This document shows positions 50,901 to 64,000 of a stretch of DNA of 64,000 bases, piece after piece. The position numbers were made by a program, and so were the translations under genes. Every line of letters starts with the position of its first letter. The first letter of the stretch is position 1. This DNA comes from Octopus vulgaris (taxonomy: Eukaryota), in contig OX597831.1 of assembly GCA_951406725.2 (NCBI GenBank), positions 6,758,001-6,822,000 on the forward strand, in the 5' to 3' direction. The notes below the pieces were generated by a model. It saw only the letters and a program-made list of their open reading frames with translations. It was not told the DNA's origin and did not search any database.

Positions 50901-53349
50901 GTAGCGTTTGATAAACTGTAATAAGACGATGTCAGGCAGGAGACAGAAAGATGGGGACGGTGGGGGAGGAGAGAGGGGGAAAAAACAAACAAAACAAAAA
51001 AAAATATATAAAACCCCAAAAAGTCAAAAGGAGTGATGGCAAGGGGTTGGGAAAAAAGGAAAGAAAATTTTTGTATACAAGAAGAATCATCTAACAGTAT
51101 CTAATCACTAAAAATGGAAGTCAACAAGTATTAGCCTTGAGCCAAGCGCCACAGAAGCTTGGCATCAGCTGAGTGTGTGTGTGTGTGTGTGCGTATGTGT
51201 GTGTGTGTGTGACTTCAGAAGGAAGTTTATAATAACAAAAATCCTTAAGGAATTTTCAGGTAAATATTTTTTAATAAATTTATGCAGATTTCCTTTTTGT
51301 GGTGATGGCTGTTGTTTAAATCAAAATGTTTTGTGAAATAAATTGAAAAGTGGGAATTACTGGGAACAGAAATAATAATAATAATAATAATAAACAACCA
51401 AAGTGGGGTAAAAGAAAGATGTCTCGTGCCTGTAGAAGTAAATAAAGCACAGTAAACTGTGTGCGTCTTTCATTTTGACAGTAAAGAAAGGAGGGTCAAT
51501 ATAAAATGTGCTTTCTGGAGAAGGGGAAATAGAAATCAAGAAGGAAAGAAAAAATGTAATAAAAAAAAATTAAAAAAACTTTAATTCTTTTTCTTCATCT
51601 AACAAATATTATCACCCACACAATACAGTTGAATGCATGCTCAGTTATCACAATGAGACTATTCCCCTATAGGATCCAGTTAGCCTATAATAAATAAAAA
51701 GTATATATTAAAGACAAAGTTTAAACAGTTTGTTTTTTGTTTTTGTTGTTTCTAAATCCCTGGCTTAAACAAAACGGCTTGTTCTGCAGAGTTTGCTAGA
51801 ATATCGCCAAAGAAAAATTAAATTAAAAAATAAGAACGGGCTAAAATTTTTTTCTTCAAATATTACAAGTTTTTAAAGTTGGGGAGAGGAAAAACCTATC
51901 CCCCATTTTGTGCATTCATTATTTTTTTTTTTTCTGAAAACTTTTATACTGATTTTTTATTATTTTTTATCATTTTTTTTTTCCAAACTAGGATAACTTT
52001 TCAACTTTCGGTTGTTAAATTTTCGTCATTGATTGCATTAAAAAAAAAAAAAAATCAAGTCAAGATGAATTTTGCTCGAATCATCCCAAACTGATGTTTA
52101 TAGGCATACATTGTAACCCAAGAGAGGGGGTGGGGGAGAGAGAAAGAGAGAGGAAAGAAGAGAGTAAAGAACAGAGATGGAAGTAAAAAAAAAAAAAAAA
52201 AAGACAAACGAAAAATACTACTAAAATTATCTAAAAGTAACCAGGTGACTGGTACTTTACTAATGAATAACCAAATAACCTGGTATGTTAGTAACTACTT
52301 AGGTGCTGGCTGAGCAAGCTTAAGTAAACAGAATCCTGTCCCCCACCCCCACCAATCAAGCATGCCCAACAGTAACCAGTATGCTTAGGTAAATGTAACA
52401 TGTTGCATACCAGTCATTTTTCCTTTTTATTTTTTTTTCCATTTTTTAAAGAGTTTTCCACTTTTTTTTTTTCAATTTTGCTTTCATGTATGTTTGGATG
52501 GATATGTATGCCTGCATGTGAAACCCCACACAGATATACACTGTGCATATAGTTAATATACATATGTATATACATCCTATACCCTCACACATTCATTCAC
52601 ACACCTATATATATATATACATAGATACACATATGTATATACACACACATACACCCATACATATATACACACATATATATACATATACACATACATACAT
52701 ATATATACATATATAAAACACACGCATGCACGCAAACACACAAATATGTATATGCCTGAATAAATGCACGTAATTACACTTATATACACATGTATACACA
52801 TACATACACTGATTATATATTCAACGCTATATATTTCTGTATAGTTTTCGTCAACAGCAAACGACTGCCAAGCAATCACCACACAATAACATACAGAATT
52901 GAGGAGGAGGAGGAGGAGGAGGAGGAGAGAGAGGAAGTAGAAGGGGAGCGACATTGGACTAACAGGCCTGGAATTTATTTACCTCTCAGTACTTATTTCT
53001 AACCAATATATGACCAAACTGAAGTCATTATTTAGCATCGTAACCAGTTTGCTGGGCCACTTGTCAAATGGCCAAAATATTAGCCACAACATTTGTCCGT
53101 CGTAGTCACTCTCAAACCTGGTGTTTTTATCCTCAGTGTTTAATGCGAGGCAGGGGAATTAAAGTTTGGCATATAAATTGTTGTTTACAACAACAACGAC
53201 CTTTGATTTTAGTTTTCAAATGCGTTTAGTCATTATCAATGACAAGGACACTTTTACAAAAAGCCGCTGCTGAAGAGGAGTAGCAGTAGGCATGATGGCC
53301 GGCCATCGTCAGCCTGTTGGCGCAAGAAGCGCTCCCATACATCTGCCAA
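44990..53349 (-). other. Probable long 3' UTR of the Gq-alpha gene (3' end uncertain)
   Basis: Follows the stop codon. No recognisable TE copies for ~8.4 kb, U-rich on the sense strand, with several AATAAA candidates (e.g. 44999-45004, 45281-45286). Confidence 0.45.
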
Positions 53350-53553
<204 letters not shown>

Positions 53554-56121
53554 TCATCTAGAAAAAGAAACTGTTGCAATGATGCAAAATTAGACATGAA
53601 AATGGCTAAAAACAAATTCTAATTTGAAAAGATATTAATTAGACAAGAAGACTTTGGGTATAACTTATTAGATTTGAGTTTAGTTCACTCAGAGTTTCTC
53701 CTCAGCTAAATTCCACTCAACACATCTGATGTTTTGGTAAAGGATTCTTTCCAAAAAAGCTGCAGAGTGGAAATTGAACCTGTAACCAAACCATTTGTCA
53801 ACAACTAAACTATTCCACAATTTTGGATTTGCTTTACCAAGGTTATTCTACTCAACAATGGTGTGTCTATACTGTTGGTCAATCTGCTGGAAATGGCAGC
53901 TAAATTTTCCTAAAATCACACCCTACCATATCAAAAATGAAAGACATTCTGACCAATGTAATTCCCTGACTTGAAAAAAGTGTCCATCGTTTACCAAATT
54001 AATATCACACAAGAAAGTAGATTTGGCAATATAGGCAAAACAAGTTTTGGAGCTAAGAAGATTGGGTAGAAATGATTTATTTGTATGAAGGACAAGGTTG
54101 GAGATGACCAAAGTGTTGACCAAGTGTGCAAGAGATGCTGAGCTAAAACAAGTGAAGAAAATGAAGTTCATTTAAATTTGGTGAAAATGTATTTGGTAAA
54201 AGAGTGACTAAAAAAATGAATCTAGGATCAAGAACAGAAGAGAATAATTATTTTCTCAGTGATCTTTGGACATCTGACATTAAATGTTGGCATCGGTTGG
54301 CAGTGGAGGTCAAGTTCCCCACCAAACACAATCACTTCCTGTTCTTTTGGGGGTTTTTTTTCTGGGTGAGGTGGTGCTACACATGGAAATATATGTACAC
54401 AAGGATTAGGTTATATTTTTAGTTCTTTGAGCCAAATATGAGGGATACAAGGAGTAAATGAACTGATTGACGGAAACTGAAAGAAGCCTGTCGTATATAT
54501 GTATATATATATATGTATGTGTGTGTATATGTTTGTGTGTCTGTGTTTGTCCCTCTAGCATTGCTTGTCAACCGATGCTGGTGTGTTTACGTCCCCGTCA
54601 CTTAGTTGTTTGGCAAAAGAGACCGATAAAATAAGTACTGGGCTTACAAAGAATAAGTCCCGGGGTCGATTTGCTCGACTAAAGGCGGTGCTCCAGCATG
54701 GCCGCAGTCAAATGACTGAAACAAGTAAAAGAGTAAAGAGTATACAAGGAGTAAATGAACTGATTCACATTATAAACAAATGTGAGATGTCAACAGGAGC
54801 AGAAGAATAAAGAAAGTCAAATATGTTGGGAATAATAACCAAGCAATCAACATTTTGAGCAGAAGAAAAGGTTTGCTATTTGCTTAAAATATCAATAATT
54901 TTGGTTTTTTGTATGAAGAGAAAAAGATTATTTCTGCCAGTTAAGCCGTAACAACAATGGTAAGTCATACAGAGGAGCTCAAAGCAGCATGGAAAACAGG
55001 CATTAAATGATGACGATACTTATGGAAATTGGTGTGGAATATCATCATCATTCCCCCATTTTTACATCTGCTTTCCATGTTGGAATGAATCAACAGATGT
55101 CCATACAAGGCAATTGATTTGATATCTATGAATGGATGATGCCCTTCCTACTACCACAAACCAGTGCAGACTGGGGGGCATTTTCTCAGGGTTTCAATAC
55201 TAGGGAGGTTGATTACTCCTTGGCAATAAAGAAGGGATCTCATAATCCTGCACTTTCTCTATATATGAGCTATATCAGCCTTCCAGGAGTACATGAAACT
55301 GGAACACACGAAGGAGTTTCTCAACACAGAATTACAAAGACAAGATTTGCTGACTTTCTCCAGACCAAGATGTGCTTTGTTATTGTTCTAATATCTTTCC
55401 TAGCCACTAAAATATTGAAATATCTCCAATAATTAATAGCTCTAAAATTATCATATCACAAAAACTGAAGCTGTTCTTGGCTTGCTTCTTCAATGTTACT
55501 GCCATTTTAACATAATCCTCTAATATTTCCCCGTATTAAACTAAGAGATCTTTATTCCAGAGACTGGAATGCCAACTGAAATTGTATCTTGCCTACTTTT
55601 TAATACCAGAAATAAAAGCATGTGGGAGAGACAAAACTGATATGGAAATATAAAATGAATAGGTGAGTGGTGGTAGTTGGAAAAGTGGTGGTCTATGGAA
55701 GACACTAATGGCAACAAAAAAAAGAAAGAAAAAAAAAGAAAAAGAGTAATGAAGCTAAATTTTCAGCAAAAAGAACGGCAAATTTGCTGTAGAGCAGATC
55801 AGCCCAATCAAGTAAGCATAGAGAAATGTTGGCAAGAATGATGATTAGGATAGATGTGTATAGTTCACTTTTGATGGCCTGAGAAAGGGACCCGTCCATA
55901 GCTTTTATAAACTCTCCAAGACTGACAGTTACGAGGGATGTTACTGCTTAGTCTGGGTGACACATGAAAGGATATATTGTTTAGTAGAGAAAAATTGGTG
56001 GCATCATGAGGAAGAGAGATGATAAAGAGTGAGATCAAAAGAGGGAAAATGCTTAGCAGTTGTAGTAAATCTAACAGACAAGTGGAAGAGAGAGAGAGAG
56101 AGTGAGAGAGAGAGAGAGAGT

Positions 56122-56166
<45 letters not shown>

Positions 56167-56859
56167 TTAGTTCAAGCCAAGTAAGCTGGTATGTATAAGG
56201 CTATTTACATTAAATAATTTAAGAAAAAAAAAAAAAAAAAGTTGCAGCTGTTTAGAAGTATTTTCTTGCATTGTTCTTGTGTGAAGATTAATCTTAGGAT
56301 TGCCCCGTTATATTTAGGAGTGACATAATCTGAAGGCCAAGGACACTGATCTAAATGTTTAACAACCCCACATCTGTCAAGATAATATTATAAAATCTCC
56401 AATTACTAAATCAACGTCACTGTGAAATAAAAAGCTAAGTGCAGGAACCAATTGTAATTTGTTAATCCTGTGAAAATGTTGAAGCTGCTGACTGGCTTTC
56501 AGAACCATCAAATTGCAACAATAGTCTAAGTCTGCAATCATTTAACAAGCACCACTTGTAAATAATGTTACGAGTAAACAGTGAAAAGCGCTATTGAGAT
56601 TAGTGTCGTCAGTGTAAGTCTAATAGCTTTATACACTCACTCCAAACAAATCATAGCATATAATAATCAAAATAAGGTCTGGCTTTCAGAGAGACCCAAA
56701 ATAAAATGTACAGAGTTCTATGCCCAATGTAGACTCTGCGGCATATAAAGCAGATATTATTCAACAAATGAAAAAAAAAAAAAAGAAAAAAACAACCAAC
56801 AACAACAACCCATTTTTGGTCATAAAAAACTAAATATGTCAGCTGCAAAGATTATTTTA

Positions 56860-57746
56860 CAAGATGGTATCAAAAAGTTCCCAGACTAGTTTTGTAGTGC
56901 ACCACCAGATGGCAGCACACAGTGAGAGCTAGCAGTGACCTTCATGAGGCAGCGTGCTGAGTGACATCACTGCGTTTACTTTGCAAGTTGTGAAATTTGT
57001 GTGCTTGTGATTGTGTGTGTGTATGCTGTAGTCTGTGATTTTTGTCATGGAGAGGAAGTTTGAACAAAGAACCAGTGTGAAATTTTGTGTTACACTTGGG
57101 AAGTCTGCTACAAAGACACACTGAGCATGCCTCGGCAAGCTTATGGCGACAAGGCGACGGGTCGTATGCAATGTTTTGAGTGGCAAGGGAGCCTCAAAAG
57201 CTGAAGAACGTCCCTGGAAGATGATGAACAATCTGGAAGACCTGCCATGAGTGTCATCCTTGGAAATGTGGGGAAAATTCATGAAGACCATCAGAGAACA
57301 ACAATGCTTTGAAGTGTTTGAGGACATTCGGTAAGAGCAACTGGATCTGTAGAGCGTGAAGAATTGAATTCTTCATGACGGCAATGCCCCCTATCACCAA
57401 GCTCTCCTGGCCCATGAGTTTCTTGCCAAAAACAACATGGTACCAGTTCTGCACCCACCTTATTTGCTAGATTTAGCACCGGTGGACTTCCATCGCTCCC
57501 CCAAAATGCAAATGCAGCTTAAAGGTTGTCGTTTGAACACCATTGTCAAGATGAAGAGTGAATCAGAGAAGGTTTTTAACAGAAAATGACTTCCAAGTTG
57601 GATTCCAAAAGCAGCAGAGGAACACTGGCACCAGTGTATTGCTGCACAAGGTCACAATTTCAAAGGAGATGAGGTTAAAATTTAGGTAAATAAGTTATTG
57701 TTTATTAAACATAACTAGTCCGGGAACTTTTTTTTATACCACCTCG
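56860..57746 (+). mobile_element. Internally deleted mariner element in a Gq-alpha intron
   Basis: TIRs caagatggtatcaaaaagttcccagactagtt / aactagtccgggaacttttt..ataccacctcg, with TA on the left. Transposase remnants MERKFEQRTSVKFCVTLGKSAT, SLEDDEQSGRP, LHDGNAP and HPPYLLDLAPVDF (YSPDLAP-like). Confidence 0.9.
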
Positions 57747-60700
57747 TTATGTAGCAAGAATGGAAGTTCACAGAATTGATACAATTATAAAGACTAACCT
57801 TGAGAGGGATATGTAAAAATCTCAACTGATGCCACCAATGAACACAACAGGTGATACATTTACACTAGATACAACTAATTATTCTTTAGTATTCAATACT
57901 AATAAACTAATCATTAGTATTGGTTCATCAATACCAAAACTCAGATGAGATATATTTATGGTTGTATACCAGGAGCTACCTGGAGACAAGTTACCACAAA
58001 ACTAGTTTAAGAAAATAAAACTAAAGCTGTATATTGAAACCTGAGACAAAGCATTGACGTAGATCAATGTGAGAAGATTGTATTCAGGCTGCTTGGGGAT
58101 TGTAAGAGTGAAGCCAAAGAAAAGAGGCAAACAGAAGAGGTATAAAATATTTAGAGTTTATAAACCGTTCAAAAGTAAAATAATTTGGTTTGCTAAGAAG
58201 AAGAACCTAACATTTCAGCTATAACACCCCACTAGAGAAATATAGGAAAGACAGTTGTACACTAAGTTGTTATCTCACGGAAAATCTATTGCAACTTTGA
58301 AGTGTTTACACTGATGGGAATATTTGTAGTTGTTTAACTGACAGCCATTCTAGTCAGGGAATATGTTGCTATGCAGTCGTCGTGTATTTTCTCATAATTT
58401 TTTTTTTCTTTTCTTAATGAGTCAATTCCTGTGATAAATATCTGATTGGATCAAGGTATATCCGGGACTAAACTACCACAACCAGTTGTTCTTCAAAGAC
58501 TAATCTCATCATCAAAAGCATTGCAGCCTTTCTGATTGTCAAATTTCCAGTTTTGCACAATTCTATGTGCTCACTATTATTTTTTTGTTTAAAGATGGCT
58601 GGTGTGATTATTTGGCAGCTATTTCCCGTAGATTGTGTGCAACGAGTTGAGGCTTGAAGAGAATCACTGGAGACGGAGTGAGAAACCCTCCTACTGTTTT
58701 ATTTCACTCCATGGCACAGAGTTTACAAAAAGATCTTTCTCTTCCTCCCAGAGAACCAACTGCTGCAAGAACAGATTGTTTTACACAACTCAAATGAATC
58801 ATATGGAACCATTATCTATTACAAAACATTTAACCCACGGTAACAAGGAGAACTTACAGATAACATTCTGGGGGTAAGTGAAATGATCACCACAAGCTGA
58901 AGTATTGATGCTTTGAGTGTTTAAGTAGCAACTAGAAAGGAAGAAGACTATTCTGTGATATTAACTCCAAGAAGATATCTAGCAGCACGCACACACACAA
59001 ACACTCACATATGCAAAAGAAAGTGTGCAGAAAAGAAGGCCACACCTGATAGTCATGAAAATACGATAGTTTATAGCTATTGGTTAGCTTGATGTTAAGT
59101 AACTAAATCATATAATTTCAAAACGACACTGCTCCAATCTAGAGCAAATCTTATTATTAGCTGCTGTTAACAGAGTTCCTCTTTTCCTTTAAAGCTATAT
59201 GCAACTCGTATTGGAATGTTAAATCTTACTTCAAGACTTGTGAGCCAAGTATTAAGAGAAGTTTTTAATTAAGAATAAACCTCTTTAATTAACACTGGTT
59301 GCTCAGTAGTTGGGAAGTCTTTTAGAAAAACAATATGTTTGTACAAGCAACATAGAAGCGATCAGCAAAGTGTGACTTGGTAATGAGTTCAGTGAGGTAA
59401 TCTGTGTGCAGAGGTAGGTGGTCGTTAGAGACCGGTTCTCGTCCTTTCCTCTTTGTTATATTTCTCCAAACCATAACAGAGGAGTTTAAGACCAGTTGTC
59501 CACGGGGAATTCTGTGTCCTGGTGATCTAGCAGCTGATATTGTGGAAGATTTAGAGAAGGAATTCCAGACATAGAAAGAAAATCTTTTGGGGAACTATTA
59601 CCAATGCAAGCAACAAAGTGAAGGACAGAGTTGTATGCTGTTGCTTGTGTACAAGGTGTGTTGTTGAATGGTAATGAGACATGGCTACTGAATGGAGATG
59701 ATGGGTGAAAGTTGGGGGAAAAAAATGAAGCAAGAACACATGTTGGATGTTTAATGTTAGTATGGATGAATGATGAGGGACAGGTGAGCCAAGGGAAAAA
59801 CTAGATACAAAAAAAAAAAAAAATCACAAGAGTGAAGAGGACTGCACTGGTATGGACATGTAATGTGTATGGATCATGAGATATGAGTAAAGAAATATCT
59901 GGAGGTCCAAATGGAAGGAAACTATGAAAGAAGACTAAGACCCATGGAGGAGTAGTGAAAGCTGATCACAGGATGTTGAGCCTGAACAAGAACGGTTATT
60001 TTTGTAAATGTTGAAATGAAAATACAAATATCAATGGCTTTCTACCAAAATCTTCAATGTCAAAAAACCATCAAAAATATTTTTCTATCCTTCATAAAAA
60101 ATATTCACAAAAAGAAATTCTTTAGACAAGAATTTCTTCCCACAAACCACCTGATAATACAATTGCTATTCTCGTGGTTGCTGTTACTAAACATTAAAAT
60201 TACCGTTTTTAATATGATTTAATTTTTAAACAAAGCAAAATGTATGACAAATCCTTATTAAAAATTGTTTGCTTAATTTGTTATTTTTAAAGAAGTTCTT
60301 TAAAGATATTCTGGCCTGAATCCTTTCATACTGCTCGTATCTGTTATATAAAATTAATCCCAGATTAAGTTAGGAATCCATTTTAAAATTAAGTAAAAAT
60401 TAAATTTAGTCTTGATAAACTCAAAAGTTTAGTTAACATTTTAACTAATTTCAACATTTATCTCTCAATATTTATTTCTCTTTATTTCTGATATTTTTGA
60501 AGATAAAATGTCATGCTAATCGTTTACGATAGCAACCCTAGTTTAAAAAAAAAAAGTGTACTGTCAGTTCTACATCCAATTTACCATTTAGCATCTTTGC
60601 TACTGTTTACAAAAGTAACCAAACAGTTCTAATCACCCAAATTTGCTTCTATTTCACTATCAGCTCTCAATTACTTAATAGAACTTATTTATTTGAGGCC

Positions 60701-61701
60701 AGAACAGTTGAGTTTTCAAAGATTAAATTCATTAGTTTATAATACTGTGTGTGTGTATAATCAGGTGATCGACCAGACTATTAGATGTTATACATCGCTG
60801 GTCACAATGCACTTTGCATTGCTTTAGCTTTTGAACAATGCCACCCCACTGTCTAGGCAAGCAGGCTAACACTCCTGATTGGAAGGCCAATCTGTTGCAG
60901 GCTATCATCTATTTGCAGCTGAGTAGAGTGGAGCAATGTGAAATTAAATCTTTTCCTCAAAATCACAACACACCATTTGACCTGGGAGTGGAACCCATGA
61001 TCGAGTGGCCATGAGTGCAATGCCCTAACCCCTATATATTACTATAATATATATGGTATTATTTCGCTCTGTGTGTGTGTGTGTGTGTATATTTTTGTAC
61101 CAACAGTCTTATGAAGCTAATTTTACCTGACACAACGTATTTAAACATTTTGCTCAAAATAACTTGTTATATTCTAGTTGCATCTAATTCTCTAAACATG
61201 AACAGTTTGCAGGATACCAAATTTTTTTTCACATTACATTAAAAGCAAGCACCAAAATGGGATAAATTTTAGCACCAATATTTAGGGAAGCTAATTTCTA
61301 ATTAATGGGTATTTGGTTCTTAAAAATAAAAACAGCTGGGAAAGAGCCACAAAGTTTGGCGGTTACTACAAAACATCAGATCTAAACATAAAAAGGAACA
61401 TTGTATATACAAATTTCAACAATAGGATTTTGCAATGTTTGTGCATCTTTGAAGTTACAAAGACTAAAATCTAAAAGCATTAACTCAAATACCATAATTA
61501 TATTGTACTAAGGGAAATATGTTGTATTTTGGAAACCGGATCTGTAGTTGAAAGCCAGGAATAGAAATGTCAGTCACATTTCTTCACAATTATGACAGAG
61601 GAAACTATTTCTGAGCTGGCGAGGTGAACAGCGAAGGGAGACAACTGTGCTGGCTGCTACTATTCTCCTAGTTTTTATTTTTTTGTGCTTTTCTCACATA
61701 C

Positions 61702-61809
61702 CTGTTGCACAAGTATAATGGTAATAAAGCATTTTTTCCTTATCTTCATTGAGGTTCATGTAACAATCCATCATGTACTCTCGGGCAGCCATATAATCAC
61801 ACTTGGGCC
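61702..61809 (-). CDS. GNAQ: Gq-alpha penultimate exon, variant B (visual/photoreceptor-type), 108 nt
   Basis: tttcAG|GG CCC AAG...ACA G|GTATGT, phase 1-1. GPKCDYMAAREYMMDCYMNLNEDKEKMLYYHYTCAT resembles cephalopod retinal Gq as I recall it. Confidence 0.9.
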
Positions 61810-61865
61810 CTGAAATCAGATGAGTACAGATGAAGCGTGAAATGAGGAATATTAACAAGACATAC

Positions 61866-61973
61866 CTGTTGCACATGTGAAATGACTATATATAATTTTA
61901 TCAGGATCTGGGTTTAAATCAACAAACATTCGCAATATGAATTCTCTGGCAGCTTGTGCATCTTTCTTTGGAC
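61866..61973 (-). CDS. GNAQ: Gq-alpha penultimate exon, variant A (canonical type), 108 nt
   Basis: tttcAG|GT CCA AAG...ACA G|GTATGT, phase 1-1. [36 protein letters not shown] is the canonical Gq sequence. Not in the ORF track. Confidence 0.95.
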
Positions 61974-64000
61974 CTGAAATCAAAGTTTGGGAAGCAGTTA
62001 GATAATAATAATAAAAGAAAAAACAGTTAAAAACACTGAAGTATTATTAGGAAGGCACTAAAAAATTAAGGAAATATCTTAAAATTGAAAAATTCTACCA
62101 AAACAAAATGTTTCTTAGTTCAATAATTCTTCTGGGTTTCATTTTGAATCAAACATCTTTTAGAATTTCTTTTGGAACCTTGTGTTCAATTCTCTCTATT
62201 TGGCTGTACATGTGTCAGATCTTTTCTTTCCATCATTGTAATTCAGATTCAAGTAAAGAGTTGTCCAAATTTACTAGTTTAGAACAATAATTTCCGTATA
62301 AAGACAAAATTACATTCTTTGATTTCCATATCTTACATTCATCTTTTGATCCACGGCAAAATGTTTCCATACTTCAGCAGGGAAATAAGTTTCTTGCATA
62401 ATAACGAGAGCAGAAACATGAAAAGATGTGAATTCTTAAAAATAAATACTGATATTTAGCTGCACATGGATTTAGTTGCTTTTATAAAGAGAGATCTACT
62501 CAAAAAGTTCCTTTCATTTGACCAAAATAATCTAAAGAATATTACCAGCATCACTTACGTAAATATTTAGATTGCTGTTACATTAAAATTCCATATGGTT
62601 ACACTGGTTTTACAGAAAATGATACTCCTTAAAGTTGGCACTGCTTTCAATGAAAGCCAATAGTCATTAAGTTGTATCTCTATAATTTTATTAGGTATCC
62701 GGTTCTGTTCTAATTGAATTGAGTATCAAGTAGAGTTAAGTTTCAACCTCAATTTTGCCATAATGGCAACTACCACCTACTTTAGTAGTTTTTCTGCTCA
62801 GAACTTACTATTTGCAGACTGCAAATTATTTAGATATTTGTTTTGAGATAAGTTTTCTCTTTGTGGATCAAGTTTCATCTAAACCATTTTCTTACAGCAG
62901 CACTAAACCACTGAATGATAATTGAGAATGAGGAAACCAAGGACTGCACAGTTGGGGGTGTGAGCATACTGAGAGTACTGAGGGAGGGCAAGAGATGAGC
63001 CAGAGGTTACTCATTTGCTCTTCTAATTATTATATAGGCTTCATACGATTTAAAAACTGTTTAACTTTTCACTGTTTAGCCGGCCACAACACCTATCAAC
63101 TGATTCTTTCTGACTGACTCCCTTCTCTCTTTAACTGAGGCCTCTATTTGGGCAAATTTCAGACAAATTTTTTGCTATGACATACAACAAGGGAGTAAGC
63201 TTGGGATTACTCAAATCCAGAGCAGGTTTGTACCAGGAATTGCCAAAACAATGTAAAATAGTTTTGGCAATTCCAATAATAATAATAATAATCACTAGTG
63301 CCAATGTGTTATCAGTGTTTGCCTTTTCTTTAGATTACAGACATTATCAGCAAGGAATCCCCTATATGAAGAACAACTGGGTTCCTTTATCTGTATAAGA
63401 TTTAACCTCATGACAGAATATTCTAACTTAAGAACAACAGTACAATACTAGTCCAGGAAAACACTATGAGATGTCTAAAACTAAGGATAACTGTTTAGAG
63501 ATGAAAACGTTATTGAATATCTTTATGGGAAATTTTAGATTCTACACTCTCTCTCTCTGCTAAGACCAAACTGTCTCTCAGAGTTTAAAGTCTTCATTAA
63601 ACAATTTAGTAATTTGCAATTTTTTGGTCAAATAGAATTTTCATTATAGAATTTCCAGAATGTTAAACTGGATTGATATAAGAGCTCAGAGTTGATACTT
63701 TAGCTGGATGTTTTATGAATATTTACAAACATTAATAACCATTGCCTATAATATTTCATCAGTTTTACAATCTGGAATCTTGAGGGTTAGAGATAGTATT
63801 TAAAACATATTAAACTCTCACATTCATTGATAGCAACATTGAACTTGACAATGTGGAGAACTAAAGCTGTTAAAAAAAAGAAAGAAAGATCCATCAATAA
63901 CATGTACATCAATAACATTTGTACATTTTTAGAACTGAAAATACCAGGTGTAGTTTATATAAAAAATTTTCACCCATTCTCATCAAAACACAAGATAATT

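Noticed and set aside
61974-64000. Upstream Gq-alpha exons
   Set aside because: No NKKD-containing or other G-alpha exon was found; the rest of the gene probably lies beyond the window.

Overview
AT-rich, microsatellite- and SINE-dense animal genomic DNA. The repeat families and the Gq-alpha sequence point to an octopod cephalopod (inference). Three main elements are present. (1) A spliced minus-strand gene (coding exons 6043-6106 and 2345-2715) that the ORF track misses. It encodes a 144-aa protein with a signal peptide, two C-C-CC-C-C knottin-like modules separated by a 4-Cys module, and a GPI-like hydrophobic tail. (2) An endogenous parvovirus/densovirus capsid gene (35943-37745) with a VP1u phospholipase A2 motif. 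It is 600 codons in one frame with two premature stops, lies between two ~300-bp direct repeats, and is interleaved with CR1/L2-type LINE 3' fragments. (3) The 3' end of a G-protein alpha-q gene on the minus strand, with two tandem 108-nt exons (canonical-type and visual-type) only 56 nt apart, a terminal exon at 53350-53432, and a probable long, TE-free 3' UTR. The rest is degenerate LINEs (CR1/L2, RTE, R4/Dong-like, Tx1/L1-like), Tc1/mariner remnants, TTAA-flanked MITEs, a solo LTR, tRNA-derived SINEs, minisatellites and microsatellites. All calls come from reading the sequence; no database searches were run, and TE boundaries without TSDs are approximate.
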